From Chrysochromulina tobinii (taxonomy: Eukaryota), in the NCBI GenBank assembly GCA_001275005.1, contig JWZX01002588.1, positions 1 through 36,380 of the forward strand: a DNA stretch of 36,380 bases. The letters run 5' to 3'. The number at the start of each line of letters is the position of its first letter. Position 1 is the first letter of the stretch. Position numbers and translations under genes: made by a program. The notes under the pieces were generated by a model. The model was not told the origin of the DNA. It saw nothing but the letters and a program-made list of their open reading frames with translations, and did no database searches. Of this stretch, positions 22,158 to 31,342 are shown one piece after another.

Positions 22158-23003
22158 ATGTGGCGCGAGCGCGCTAGTAGCAGCGCCATCTACCCGCTCA
22201 TCGTTTACGGGAGTTCTGAATTTGCTCGCTACTTCTCCAACGGCCGTGCGGTTCCAGCCCGGATGCCGTCGCTAGAGGCCAGCCCCGCATACCAATTTGG
22301 CAAGTGGGCAAGGCTCGTCGCCTTGAGCATGGGTCTTTTGCCGGTGGTGGTGTGGCACGGGGAGCGCACTCTGCGGCGCTATTGGCAGAACCGCCGTCGC
22401 CGCTCCGAGATCATGATCCGTACACAACACGCCGACCATCTGATGGCACAGGCTGCTGCAGTGACAGCGCAGCCGCTGGCGATCGGTTCAACCGCAGCGG
22501 ACGCCCTCCGTGCCATCATCGACGCCGGCCTCAGTGGGAGTAGCACCACGGTACTCCAGCACCGGCTCTTCGAAGGGCTGCGGCCAAACGCACCGCACTC
22601 GCTGCGTATGCTCGCACTGCTCGCTTGCAGGATTGAGGCACTGCACCGAAGCGTCTCCGGCGGCGGCGTGGCCGGTGGAACGGCCTCGCCGTCCTCGTCA
22701 ACATGCGCGATCGTGCGCCACCCAGATCGTGCGAGCAGCGCAGCCCTCGCACCGACGACCACGACGGCTCAGGAGGGCAATTGCGAGGAGGCCCCGAGCG
22801 CGAGCGACTTCGCCACGTGCCGGGTCTGCTTGGACGCTCCTGTCGACGCAGTGCTCGCGCCGTGTGGGCACCTCGCCGCGTGCCTCGGCTGCCTACAACG
22901 CATGACACAGGTCATAGACTTGTCCCGAGCCTCTAGCGCGCGATTGCGCTGCCCCGTGTGTGTCACGCCTGTGAGCGATGTGCTGCGCGCGTTCGCTTGT
23001 TAG
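22158..23003 (+). CDS. C-terminal RING-HC (C3HC4) protein, probable membrane-anchored E3 ligase
   Basis: CRVCLDAPVDAVLAPCGHLAACLGC...CPVC at the C-terminus; hydrophobic segment LVALSMGLLPVVVW. Confidence 0.85.
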   Translation: MWRERASSSAIYPLIVYGSSEFARYFSNGRAVPARMPSLEASPAYQFGKWARLVALSMGLLPVVVWHGERTLRRYWQNRRRRSEIMIRTQHADHLMAQAAAVTAQPLAIGSTAADALRAIIDAGLSGSSTTVLQHRLFEGLRPNAPHSLRMLALLACRIEALHRSVSGGGVAGGTASPSSSTCAIVRHPDRASSAALAPTTTTAQEGNCEEAPSASDFATCRVCLDAPVDAVLAPCGHLAACLGCLQRMTQVIDLSRASSARLRCPVCVTPVSDVLRAFAC

Positions 23004-23146
23004 ATGTTCCCTCATATCTTTGCTAGCACTTTTCTGAAGATGATTCGAACTCCGGTCTCGTCAATGTGGCGATCGATGCGGATCGCGAGCTCGATTTGTG
23101 TGCACGGAATGTGGATGTGGCAGACCTCGGATTCAGCGTTGCCGCG

Positions 23147-23758
23147 ATGCTGACAACTGTCCTTGCTTGGCTCGCTTGGGTATCCCCGTCGCCAATGAGC
23201 GCTGTGCGTGCGCACCACTCCGCTTTGGGGCACTCGAAGTTGGGTCATGTTCGTATGGACGCCTCACCTTCACCTCCGCCTGCCACCGACATGCGCTTTC
23301 CCAATAGGCCGCCGGCGGAAGCCCCGAATGCAAAATACGGCCACGATCCGCGTGACGGGAGCGAGGACGTCAGCGGCGATTCAAACTGGGCCAACATGCT
23401 CTTCGAGCGCGGTGCGGGAAAGGTAAACACTCTCCAAACCATGGAGCAGTTTGTTGGTGCGCTGCATGTCGCCGAGAAGGCTGGTGAGATTGTCGTCCTC
23501 AAGTTCAAGAGAGTTGGGTGCGCCGCGTGCGCGAGTACGGAGAAGCAGTATGCTGAAAAGGCCAAACGTTATTCGGCCAAGGCCAAGTTTTTCGAAGTGG
23601 ACTATGACGAGGGAAAGGCCTTTTGCAAGAAATGCGAGGTCAAGTTCGTTCCTTCGGCGCACGTTTACCGCGGCTACAGCTTTCTGGCTGCGATGGCGCT
23701 CGGCAAGAACAGTTGGGACGCGTTCTCTGATCGACTCGAGCAGGAGCTGGCGCAATAG
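23147..23758 (+). CDS. Thioredoxin-like protein with atypical GCAAC active site, probable plastid presequence
   Basis: IVVLKF...GCAAC...KFFEVDYD...CEVKFVPS fits the Trx fold; N-terminus MLTTVLAWLAWVS. Confidence 0.8.
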   Translation: MLTTVLAWLAWVSPSPMSAVRAHHSALGHSKLGHVRMDASPSPPPATDMRFPNRPPAEAPNAKYGHDPRDGSEDVSGDSNWANMLFERGAGKVNTLQTMEQFVGALHVAEKAGEIVVLKFKRVGCAACASTEKQYAEKAKRYSAKAKFFEVDYDEGKAFCKKCEVKFVPSAHVYRGYSFLAAMALGKNSWDAFSDRLEQELAQ

Positions 23759-24528
23759 CGTCCACGTGCTCGTATATTCGCATGAATCAAGGCCATCCAC
23801 GTGGATGGCGCTTGAACGCCTCCCTGGGTGTTGTCTCGACTCCTGAGATACGACTCTGAACCGACGCCGACGGAGCGCGCGGACGACACGGGACGACGTC
23901 GCGGGGGGAGACAGGGCGCGCATGTCCATGTCCTTATTTTGGGAAGCATGGTGCAAGTGCAAGCCTTCCGTCACCGCAGTTAAACTTGAATCTCGTCTCG
24001 GCGCGCGTACGCTCGCCGTTGTCCAGCCGTTGCGCCCTCGCCCCCGCCGGTTATAGCGGGTTTTCGTTTGATAGCATTCGCGGCATTATATGGGTTCGTC
24101 GCGGTCGTTCGAAAACCAAAAACTGTTATTATGAAAACGAACGGACGGTACCGTCGCGGTCGATTGCGGCGTTGGCCGGCGCCGGCGGGCGACGCGACAC
24201 TTCTAAACACTATAGCGACTGCACCCGCGGCGGGGCTGTGCGGCCGGTGCGCCGCCCTCCGCACGCCACGTCGCCACCGCCCGCCCGAGACCCGGGCTGG
24301 CGGCGCGGGACCGGCAGCGGCACGGCACTTGCGCACACCCGCGGCGCGCCCGCGCACCACGCGCACCACCGCGGCGCGCCGCCCCGCAGCGCCCGCGCAC
24401 CACCGCGCCGCGACACACACGCACGCGCGACGTGCCGGCGCGGGCGCGCAGGGCGACGCCCCGCATGGGACCGGACACACGTTCCGGCTACCGGGTACCG
24501 CGTACGCAACGGCGTTGCCGGCTTCGAC

Positions 24529-26142
24529 CTACGCGACTACAGGGTACACGTACAGCGCCTCGTACCGTCTAAGTCCCTTGCGGGTGTGGGAGCTTCCCCA
24601 AGCATGCCCATGCAGTCGGCGCTTACGTCGCAACTCGTCTGCTGGCGGGACGGCGCTTGAGACGGCGCTCGACCTGCGAGGAGGCGGCGGGGGAAGCTCC
24701 CCGTAAAGCGACCGAGACGGAGCTAGAGTTGCGCCGAGCACCTTGAGCCGACGCAGCACAACGTCGGCCACCGCGCCGCGGCTAAAATGCTCAACCATGG
24801 TCGCACGTGCTCGGGCGCCACGTTCCTTCGCGGCCGCGCCGTCGCCACTCGTCGCCTCGTCGTAGGCACGTCGCATGGCCTGGCGCAGCATCGCAACTGT
24901 CGTCTCGGCGAAGCCGCCAGCGAGCTCACGCGCGACGGGCAGCTGGTGCGAGTTGTGCGCCGTCAAAAAGGCCGTTGGGCCCGAAAAATTGGTCGCGATG
25001 ACTGGTAGCCCCATCGCCATCGCCTCTGCAATCGGCAGCCCCCATCCTTCGCCGCGCGTCGGCAGGACGAAGCAGTTCGAACGCGCGTACAGCCGCCGCA
25101 AGGCGACGCGCGAGACGTCCTCCTGTAGGAGCTCTACCGGCGCCAGCTTGTCGCGCGGAGCCCTCGCCACCTGGAGCGCATGCCGGCTCACCCACTCATT
25201 GAGGTCGCGAGGGCCAGGCTCCCACGAGGGGAGGTACGACTTGATCACCTGATGAGAGAGTCCATCAGAGTCCATCAGAGGCCATCAGAGTCCATCAGAG
25301 GCCATCAGAGGCTAATCAGAGGCCATCTTAGGAAATCAGAGGCAATCAGAGGCAATCAGAGGAAATCAGAGTCCATCAGAGCCTCCCCATATGAGGGGAG
25401 GTAGTTGATGGATCACCAGCTTGACTGCGCTGCGCTCTCGAGCACTCGTGAATTCACACCAGTAGGCCTCGAGGAGCAGGTCCCAGCCTTTGCGCCACTC
25501 CCACTTGAATGAGGACAGGAAGACAAAGGGGCTCGGCGATGGCGCCGGTGTGTCGCCGACCTTGGCGCTCGGCCGTTTCCACCAGCCGAGCGGCCCGTCA
25601 CTTGGCTCTTCTACCACCGAGGGGATGTAGTTGGGGTGGAAGAAGTCCACGTCGACGGGCTCTGGCACCACGTGCAAAAGGGAGCGTGCGATGCCCGCGG
25701 CAACAAATGTGTCGACGTGCCATGCGGTCGGCACCCAGATCTCGTCGGCGTGGCGCAGGCAGGCGGCCTGCTCCGCCTTCAGGCTGGATTCAGTCATAGT
25801 GCGCGCAACGACGCGCCAAGGACGGGCGCTGCTCGACTGCCAGCGCCGCATGCTGCACGGCTCGCCATGCTCAATGACGAGCGCCCCGTGCGTCTGCTGA
25901 GCAGAGCGCGCATTCTCATCGGCCCACGTGGCACGGTACGTAGCGGCGTCACGGGCCTCAAGTTGTCCATCAAGCCAGACATCGTCGCATTTGCCCGTCA
26001 AAAGCCGGACGGCCACACCCTTGTCGTGTAGGCCGGGGACGAAGCCTAGCGCCACCTCGGTGAAAAAGCCGGAGAAGCCGCAGCCGACAGGTACGCGCCA
26101 CTCGACCTCGAATTGCACGGGGCTCGATGTTGACAAGGACAT
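24529..26142 (-). CDS. GT-B fold glycosyltransferase (GT4/group 1-like); exons 26142-25417, 25248-24529; 5' end uncertain
   Basis: DEIWVPT, VPEPVDVDFF, FKWEWRKGWDLLL, FVLPTRGEGWGLPIAEAMAMGLPVIATN (EX7E motif). Confidence 0.88.
25249..25416 (-). other. Intron (GT-AG, 168 nt): degenerate copy of downstream exon + about twelve 10-nt CTCTGAT(GG/TG/TT) repeats
   Basis: CTG|GTGATC...CTCTCATCAG|GTGATCAAG; restores AVKL|VIKSYLP. Confidence 0.92.
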
Positions 26143-26538
26143 GGCCTGGCTTTCATGCTCCAACCTGCTCGTCCTTTCCTGTGAAAATACACGATCCTCG
26201 ACAACACTCGTCCTCGACGCGCCGACCTTCGCTCAAAGCCTCCCTTCCACTGGCTTCACATCTCTCAGCCGCTAACATATGTTCATATCGTGGGAATCCT
26301 GGTGCGCCCCCCCACAGGGTGGGCGCGGATCTCCTCTCTGCGCGCTGCCTCTCTGCCTCGACCCCTCGCGCCTCGCGCCTCGCGATGTGCTGCGCGCCTT
26401 GCGAATCTGCGTGTGAACTCTACGGCGCCTTTTCACGGCGCGATCTGATCGCGGCGCGCCCTTCCCCCTGTACTTGACCCTCCCCCTCCGTGTCTCGCAC
26501 GAGGACAAGGGGGGAGGCTCAGAACCTCGTGACGAACC

Positions 26539-27723
26539 TCACGACGAACCGTCATAGAGCGGGAGGAGGGAGAAGCCGTCGTGTGTCTCGGGGACGGTGA
26601 GCGGCGAGGGCGACGACGGGTGGCTCGACGACGACGACGCGCCGTCCTTGCAGTCCTCATCCTCAGTGTGCCCAAAGCCTTGCGAATACAGCCAATGCAG
26701 TGCGCGACGTGTCCACCACGAGGGGTCCTCGCCCAGTGCAAAGCCATGCTCGCCCAGGTTTTTGCGCACGTAGCAGTGCTCCACGCCGTGCTCGCGCAAT
26801 GCCTCCGCGTACAGATCCGAGTGCTCGCGCGGCGGGCAGATCGTGTCTCCGATGGAGCCCACCAGGAAGGTGGGTGGCGCAGCGAAACCTTCACCGCCGA
26901 GCAGGGCGTCGGTAGGTTCGTCAAGGACGCGCGCCTTCTTGGGCATGCCGCCCTGGCCGCGGTTGTAAAAGTCCGCCTTCTCCGGGTCGAGCCACGGCGA
27001 ACCGTCGATGGCCGGATAGATGAGCAGCTGAGCGTCCAAATCAGGGTGAGCCGAGCGGGTCTGCACACGAGCCTGCTTGCGCTTGTGCGCGCGCAGCGCG
27101 TGCGAGGCGACCAGGTGGCCGCCCGCGGAGAAGCCGATCGCGGCGACCGGGCCGCCGCGCGCCTGGCGCACGAGCGCAGCCGCCGCATCCAGGTCGTCGA
27201 GTGCCTCCTGGTGGTCGTGGTGCGGCAGCAACCGGTAGCGCAGCACGGCCGCAGCGATCCCGTGCGACGAGAGCCACTCGACGATGGGCAGCCCCTCCTT
27301 GGGGCAGAGGAACTCGTAGTTGCCGCCGGGCACCACGATCACCGTCCCCTTGCCCTTGCCCGCGATCGCCGTCGGCTGGATTAGCAGCCGCGGCGAGTGC
27401 GGACCACAGAATAGAGGGTCGTGGTCGAGCGGCGGCATGCGCGGGCGGCTGTTGCACTCGGCGCAGATGGAGAACTTGCACTCGGCGCACACGAGGATGG
27501 GCGAGCCCGCGCACGGCGAGCATTTGCACTCGTTGCACGCGCCATGCCTGCGCCCGTCCTGGCGCGCGCGATAGAGCCTGTGGCCCTGCCAGCACTTGCG
27601 CATGGTGCCGCGCTCCGAGTGGAGCAGGATCCAGCTGGGCAAGGCGCCCCAGTGGTCGGGACCATAGATGGGTTTGCCCAGACCACGCGCACGCGGGCGG
27701 CGGTCCACGCGGTAGCAGGGCAT
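26539..27723 (-). CDS. Alpha/beta-hydrolase (acetyl/feruloyl-esterase-like) with N-terminal Cys-rich Zn-finger
   Basis: VVPGGNY, VLRYRL, GFSAGGHL nucleophile elbow, PPTFL...D...HGF catalytic triad; N-terminal CWQGH...CNEC...CAECKFSICAEC. Confidence 0.85.
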   Translation of the reverse strand: MPCYRVDRRPRARGLGKPIYGPDHWGALPSWILLHSERGTMRKCWQGHRLYRARQDGRRHGACNECKCSPCAGSPILVCAECKFSICAECNSRPRMPPLDHDPLFCGPHSPRLLIQPTAIAGKGKGTVIVVPGGNYEFLCPKEGLPIVEWLSSHGIAAAVLRYRLLPHHDHQEALDDLDAAAALVRQARGGPVAAIGFSAGGHLVASHALRAHKRKQARVQTRSAHPDLDAQLLIYPAIDGSPWLDPEKADFYNRGQGGMPKKARVLDEPTDALLGGEGFAAPPTFLVGSIGDTICPPREHSDLYAEALREHGVEHCYVRKNLGEHGFALGEDPSWWTRRALHWLYSQGFGHTEDEDCKDGASSSSSHPSSPSPLTVPETHDGFSLLPLYDGSS

Positions 27724-27885
27724 TGCTGCTGCGAGCGCGGCCACCGCGGGGCCTCGAGGCCCTCGAGAGCTCTCGAACGCCACTGGGGAAGAAGGTGGTT
27801 GGTGAAATGGCGCTAAGGAATCTGCAAGGGAATATTTCGCGCCATCACGGCAGCCCTTTTCGACTCAGCTTCCCTCCACACACCA

Positions 27886-30024
27886 ATGCTAGCGAGGCGC
27901 TTCTCGTGCCCGCCGGTCTTCGAGGCCGCGTACGAGCCGCGAGAGGTGCCGGAGGCCGCGCGCGACATGCACGGCTCGGTCATCTTCCGGCCGACTCGTG
28001 ATGACTGGCTTCCGCTCCTCGGCGAGATGATCCAATTGACCAATGAAGCCGTACGCAGGCGGGCTGCGAGCGCACGCGACGCGTCGAAGCCTCTTCAGCT
28101 CGAGTTCATGGCGGACCGCATCGATGTCGACGACCCGCTCTTCGGGTACATCGCCGTCACCAAGGACAAGGGGTGGCTGCAGGGCTTCATCACGGCCACT
28201 ACCTTCACCACTTGGCACCGTGGCTTTCGCTGGGACTCCCTGAGTCCGTGCGTCGACCTGCAGCACGAGCTGTCCCACGACGACGACAACGCGAGCTCGC
28301 CGTCGGGCTTCACGGCCGTGGCCAACAGCGGCGGCAGCGGCGGCAGCGCGAGCGCGCGCCGGCGTGCTGCCACCGCATCGCTCGCCAGGGAGCGCGTTGT
28401 CGACTCGGACGGCAGCTTGAGCGCCGAGCTGATGCAGGAGGTGTTCGCGGGGGACCCCGACGGCGAGGGTGTCGTCTGGCCGCGCGTGGCCGAGATCTCG
28501 CTCCTCGGCGCCCTCGGCTGCGGGCGGTGGCTCGTGCAGGCGCGTGCCACTAATTGCCACTGATTGCCACTGATTGCCACTGATTGCCACTGATTGCCAC
28601 TGATTGCCACTGATTGCCACTGATTGCCACTGATTGCCGCCGCGCTCGAGGCTCGTGCAGCTGCTCATTGACGGCCTCGAGGTGGCCGAGAGCCCTTACC
28701 ACTTCGTCGTGCTGATGGCGACGCACAACGCGATCCCCTTCTACGAGAAGATGGGCTTCGTGCGCGTGGGCGCCGTGCTGGCGACGCGCGTTGAGCCCTT
28801 GGCCGACGAGGACGGCGACGAGGCGGAGGGAGCTGGCATCGGCACTAAGAAGCGCAAGCGCGCGGCGGCGGCCGCCGCTGCCGCGAAGCCCGCGGAGGAA
28901 GGCAAGGGGCGGGTGCACTCGAGGCTGGTTGAGCACACGTGCAAGGAGGGCGAGACGGCCGCGAGCGTCGCCGCCCAATATGGCGCCGACGGCTTCGACG
29001 TCCTCTTCGTCAACCAGCGCCGCTTCCCACAGCTGCACCAGCACGCCCCCCTTCGAGCTGGCACGCAGCTCCAAGTGCCACGCCCGTTGAGTCGCGAGGA
29101 GGCGATCGAGGAGCTCCGCAAGCAACGGCAGAGCTGGCACACGGTCACGCAGGAGGCGACGCTTCGACGGCTCGCCGACATCACCGGCGTCTCGGCGGAC
29201 GAGCTCTATCGTCTCAATAAGGGGCGGCTCGACGGTTTGCAGTTAGGCGCCACGTTGCGCGTGGGCACGCGGCTGCTGACGGCGGGCGTGGACGGGCAAA
29301 AGGACGAGGAGTACTGCCATTGGTCCTTCCCCGATGACGAATCGCCCGATGAGCCCTCCCCTTGCATGCAAGTGCTCACCACAGCGCGGCCCCCTACATT
29401 CCCCACAGGAGCTTCCCCGATGACGAATCGCCCGATGAGCCCTCGTACATGATGGCTCGGAAGCTCAAGCCAGCTCACGAGCGCAAGGCTGGCGGCGCCC
29501 AAGCGCCCGCCACAACGCTCGAACAAGCGAAGCGCCTGCTCGTCGCCCAGAGGCCGACCGTGGTACCCGTGCCCGGGCGCCAGGCGGTCGTCGAGGCGGC
29601 ACGGCGGCGCACGGCCGCGCGCGTCGCCGTCGCGCATCCCGACCTATTCGACAAGGTCGTGCGTCTGGATGCGCATGGCTCGCACGAGACGCGGTACCAG
29701 TTCTGGTATGTGCTCACCTACCTACCCGACCTGCAGTGGTGCCACCTGGCACCCCTCGAGCGCCGCGGCACCTTCGGCGAGAGGCCGAGCCCGAATGGCC
29801 ACGTGGCCACGGGCCGCGACCGTTGGATGCTCGTGGCGGAAGATCTGGGCGGCGAGATTGACGTTGGGGCGGGGCGCTGCTTTGTCGTGAAGGCGACGCC
29901 GATGATGAAGGCCAAGGACGCCATGGACGCCAACAAGGAGGAGTGGGACATCGTCGAGCTTGATGGCGCCGTGATGGGCGTCGAGGAGCCGGCGAGGGCG
30001 GAGATGGTGATGGACGAGGAGTGA
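27886..30024 (+). CDS. GNAT-type acetyltransferase with two LysM-like domains; exons 27886-28539, 28661-29322, 29409-30024
   Basis: GALGCGRWLVQ...VVLMATHNAIPFYEKMGFVRVG (GNAT motifs A/B); HTCKEGETAASVAAQYG...LFVN and HTVTQEATLRRLADITGVSADELYRLN (LysM-like); KKRKR; two introns join three ORFs in frame. Confidence 0.8.
28540..28660 (+). other. Probable GC-AG intron (121 nt): (TGATTGCCAC)x9 plus 11-nt copy of the upstream exon end
   Basis: GGCTCGTGCAG|GCGCGT...GGCTCGTGCAG|CTG; phase 0; restores frame. Confidence 0.82.
29323..29408 (+). other. Intron (GT-AG, 86 nt): 33-nt perfect copy of downstream exon + 50-nt filler with palindrome CTTGCATGCAAG
   Basis: TG|GTCCTTCCCCGATGACG...CCCCACAG|GAGCTTCCCCGATGACG; restores YCHWSFPDD. 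Confidence 0.85.
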
Positions 30025-30143
30025 GCTCGACGGGAGCTCCGCTGAGCTCGACGAGTGAGCTCGACGGGAGCTCCGCTGAGCTCGACGGGTGAGCTCGACG
30101 GGAGCTCCGTTGAGCTCGACGGGTGAGCTCGACGGGAGCTCCG
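30021..30143. repeat. 34-bp tandem repeat, about 3.6 copies, rich in GAGCTC palindromes
   Basis: Units start at 30021, 30055, 30089 and 30123. Confidence 0.93.
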
Positions 30144-30467
30144 CCACCTGAGTAGGACCCCTTGTGAGAGACTCCTGCCGCAGAGGCAGGAGAGCAGACC
30201 TCCGACTCACCGGCCACTCGTCACTGGACACTGCGGTGGTGCGCTCAGTGCTCACGGGAGCCGTACGCAAGGACGGCGCAAGGACGAGCCGCGGTCGATC
30301 GTCAAATTATCCTCAGATCGTAGTTATGTATGTTTGCCGCGCCGACGCGATAGAGTATCCCGCTGTACCGCGGTGCGGTGTGGGCCTCTGGGTCACGCAT
30401 GGGCCCATGGGGTCACAGCTTGGAAAAACCGGCGGCGGCGGCTCTTTGGTTTTTGTGTGGGGGTCCA

Positions 30468-30546
30468 CGGCCACGTCTCCGTCCATTGCGAATGCGGCCC
30501 CCGTGCTTGGGTGTGCGGTGTGCGTGCGCGTTGTGCGTTTCACAGC
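30468..30546 (+). repeat. Dispersed 79-bp repeat, copy 2
   Basis: 71/79 identical to 17644-17722. Confidence 0.93.
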
Positions 30547-30607
30547 GCCGCAGCAGCACGGTGATGAAAGAACGCCACGTCCCCTTGGTGCTTGGACTGG
30601 AAGAATC

Positions 30608-31342
30608 ATGTCAAACTTGGCGCAGGCCCTCAAGATTGCGGGCGCGACGGTGGCGGTGGTTGCTGTGGGGACCGCGTACGTACTGATCCACGAGCATCGC
30701 CGAAAGCTCAAGAAAGAGCGCAGGGCGGCAGCAGAGGCGGAGGGTGCCTCAGGCGCCTCAGCAGATGGCAGGTCTTCTTCATACATGAGCGTCGACCGAC
30801 TGTTGAAATTGTTGAACGAGCTTGCAAAGGCCGCGTATACCCTCATCGAGCAGGTGCGTGCCGTCTGCACGCGCAAGGCAGCGGCAGCCCTTGCGCACCT
30901 GCTGCCCTTTGCAGCTCACGTACAAATTGCAAACAGCTTGCATACAGTCTGCGCATGGCACACGCCGGCACACGCACTCGCGCGCCTGAGCTCGCGCGCT
31001 CGTTCGTCGTGCTCGCAGACCCGCAAAATGGTGCACGAGAAACATGTCTCGACTGGCAGGGCTCTTGAGACGTGTGTTGACGAGCTGCAAAAGGATTTTG
31101 AGGCGGCGATGGAGGCGGTGATGGGCTCCATCCGCGCCCAGCATGGCGTAACAGAGCAGACGATGTCGCTGGCGATGATGCAGCACCAAGACAACCCCAA
31201 GGTCGCCGCTGCCGTGGTCGCGCTGCGCGAGGCAATGGCTGGAAAGCCGCCGCCGGGCTACTCGGAGGCCAACAAGGCGGACGAGGCGGAGGCCGCGAAG
31301 CAGCGCGTGCGTAGGAAGAACAAGTCGGGCAAGAGAGGTTGA
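30608..31342 (+). CDS. Hypothetical signal-anchored helical protein; exons 30608-30853, 31019-31342
   Basis: N-terminal TM (IAGATVAVVAVGTAYVLI) followed by a basic patch; probable in-frame 165-nt intron CAG|GTGCGT...TCGCAG|ACC. Confidence 0.7.
   Translation: MSNLAQALKIAGATVAVVAVGTAYVLIHEHRRKLKKERRAAAEAEGASGASADGRSSSYMSVDRLLKLLNELAKAAYTLIEQVRAVCTRKAAAALAHLLPFAAHVQIANSLHTVCAWHTPAHALARLSSRARSSCSQTRKMVHEKHVSTGRALETCVDELQKDFEAAMEAVMGSIRAQHGVTEQTMSLAMMQHQDNPKVAAAVVALREAMAGKPPPGYSEANKADEAEAAKQRVRRKNKSGKRG

Noticed and set aside
23980..24528. GC-rich ORFs or MITE downstream of the GT gene
   Set aside because: Low-complexity translations; no convincing TIR or TSD found by eye.
26479..26517. Terminator-like hairpin
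   Set aside because: Imperfect, no U-tract, and intrinsic terminators are not expected in a nuclear locus.
128..30143. CRISPR-like interpretation of the tandem arrays (60-, 21-, 10-, 34-nt units)
   Set aside because: No unique spacers and no cas genes; eukaryotic context.
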